Below, piece after piece: positions 37,472 through 38,446 of a stretch of DNA of 38,446 bases. Both the position numbers and the translations under genes were made by a program. How positions within the stretch are numbered: the stretch's first letter is position 1; each line of letters starts with the position of its first letter. The notes under the pieces are model-generated. The model saw nothing but the letters and a program-made list of their open reading frames with translations. It ran no database searches and had not been told where the DNA came from. Origin of the DNA: Clostridia bacterium (GTDB lineage Bacteria > Bacillota > Clostridia > UMGS1883); contig JBJDXJ010000033.1 of the NCBI GenBank assembly GCA_051866635.1, forward strand, positions 1-38,446, read 5' to 3'.

Positions 37472-38368
37472 TCATAATAAAGTTTTTATACCCTCTGTAA
37501 ACTCAACTTCAGGCTCAAATCCTGTATCATTTATAAGCTCTGTTATATCAGCCTGAAGGTGCATAACCTGTTTTTCGGCATACGGCACTGCTCCCAAAGA
37601 AATATCACAATCAGGGTTTACAACACTGTGTATGTCTTTAATATATTCCTTTAAAGGTCGTGCTTTTCCGCTACCAAGCACATAGGTTTTACCATAAATT
37701 CCTTTTTCGCCCAAAAGATAAAAAGCTCTTGCGGCGTCGGCTGAATAAAGATAATCCCACATTTGCTCGCCCTTTGTAAGAAGGGGAACAATGTTATTTT
37801 TCAGCTTATTTATCGTTGACATTACCATGCTGTTTTTATTATCGAAAGGGCCGTAAACGCTTAAAATCCTAACCCATATATGTCCTATGCCGAGCTCTTT
37901 TGCATATGCCCGTGTCATTTGCCCGGCACACAATTTTGCCATGCCATATCCCGTTTCGGGATTTGTGGGCGTATTCGGCTTTAGTAAACCTTCCACCCTG
38001 CCATATTCAGCCTGGCTGCCTGTCCCTATAAAGGTTTTGCAACCAAATCTTTTTGCCATACCTACAGCATCCAGTGCGTATTTAACATTCAGATTTTGCA
38101 GATACATATCATTTCTCGCTTGTCCTGTTGTGCCCATCCATGCCAAATGATAAAAAACGTCGTACTTAACATTCCCGTCATTTTGTATTGTAAATAAATT
38201 TGCCAAATCACAATATCTTTTAGTTACGAGGGGATGGTTTGGAATATGCTCGTTTCGTGCAGAACCTTCTCTTAAAATTACAAGCACTTCTGTATTTCGT
38301 TTTATCAGCTCATTTATAAGTGCAGTGCCTACAGCACCAGTAGCACCTGTAATTATAGCTCTTTTCAT
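37472..38368 (-). CDS. NAD(P)-dependent NDP-sugar epimerase/4-ketoreductase
   Basis: ITGATGAVG, HLAW, GSQAEYG, YGMAK and WDYLY. Resembles CDP-3,6-dideoxyhexose synthase-type SDRs. Confidence 0.85.
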   Translation of the reverse strand: MKRAIITGATGAVGTALINELIKRNTEVLVILREGSARNEHIPNHPLVTKRYCDLANLFTIQNDGNVKYDVFYHLAWMGTTGQARNDMYLQNLNVKYALDAVGMAKRFGCKTFIGTGSQAEYGRVEGLLKPNTPTNPETGYGMAKLCAGQMTRAYAKELGIGHIWVRILSVYGPFDNKNSMVMSTINKLKNNIVPLLTKGEQMWDYLYSADAARAFYLLGEKGIYGKTYVLGSGKARPLKEYIKDIHSVVNPDCDISLGAVPYAEKQVMHLQADITELINDTGFEPEVEFTEGIKTLL

Positions 38369-38371
38369 CAA

Positions 38372-38446
38372 TCAAACCTCGTCTATTAATGGTATAAACA
38401 TATTCTTTTTAAGCTCTTCCCGTGGCAAAAAGGGTGCCAGATCCTC
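38372..38446 (-). CDS. C-terminus of a thiamine-pyrophosphate-binding (acetolactate synthase-like) protein, partial
   Basis: Manual translation EDLAPFLPREELKKNMFIPLIDEV* resembles the (PL)EDxxPFLxREE tail of polysaccharide-locus TPP enzymes. Only 24 aa are visible. Confidence 0.6.
   Translation of the reverse strand, partial: EDLAPFLPREELKKNMFIPLIDEV

Noticed and set aside
1-38446. CRISPR array, tRNA/rRNA, prophage, integrase or reverse transcriptase
   Set aside because: No regularly spaced repeats, RNA-gene signatures or corresponding protein motifs were found.

Overview
Chromosomal segment of a spore-forming Clostridia-class Firmicute. All credible intact genes lie on the minus strand. 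In coordinate order the window has four blocks. (1) A housekeeping block: a GGGtGRT / NifU-like pair, ung, a GNAT acetyltransferase, rpsU, a HIT protein, alaS, a TSCPD protein, an AI-2E permease, a YtxH-like small protein, a PRC-barrel protein, a VanW-family protein, araD, a fucose/arabinose-isomerase-like gene and Asp23. (2) A complete spoIIIAA-AH operon. (3) A ~2.8 kb accessory islet (16.2-19.05 kb) with an ISL3 remnant and a tightly coupled two-gene unit: a divergent uracil-DNA-glycosylase-fold protein plus a KAP-family P-loop NTPase. This unit is the best candidate for an undescribed anti-phage system; ridA and ilvA follow it. (4) The distal ~18 kb of a Wzx/Wzy surface-polysaccharide locus. 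It carries two tandem TupA-like ATP-grasp amidoligases next to an APC amino-acid permease, an LVIVD-repeat membrane-anchored protein, an NTP_transf_5 nucleotidyltransferase and, at the window edge, a TPP enzyme/reductase pair. No tRNA, rRNA or CRISPR array was seen. All family calls come from motif recognition by eye; no database searches were run.
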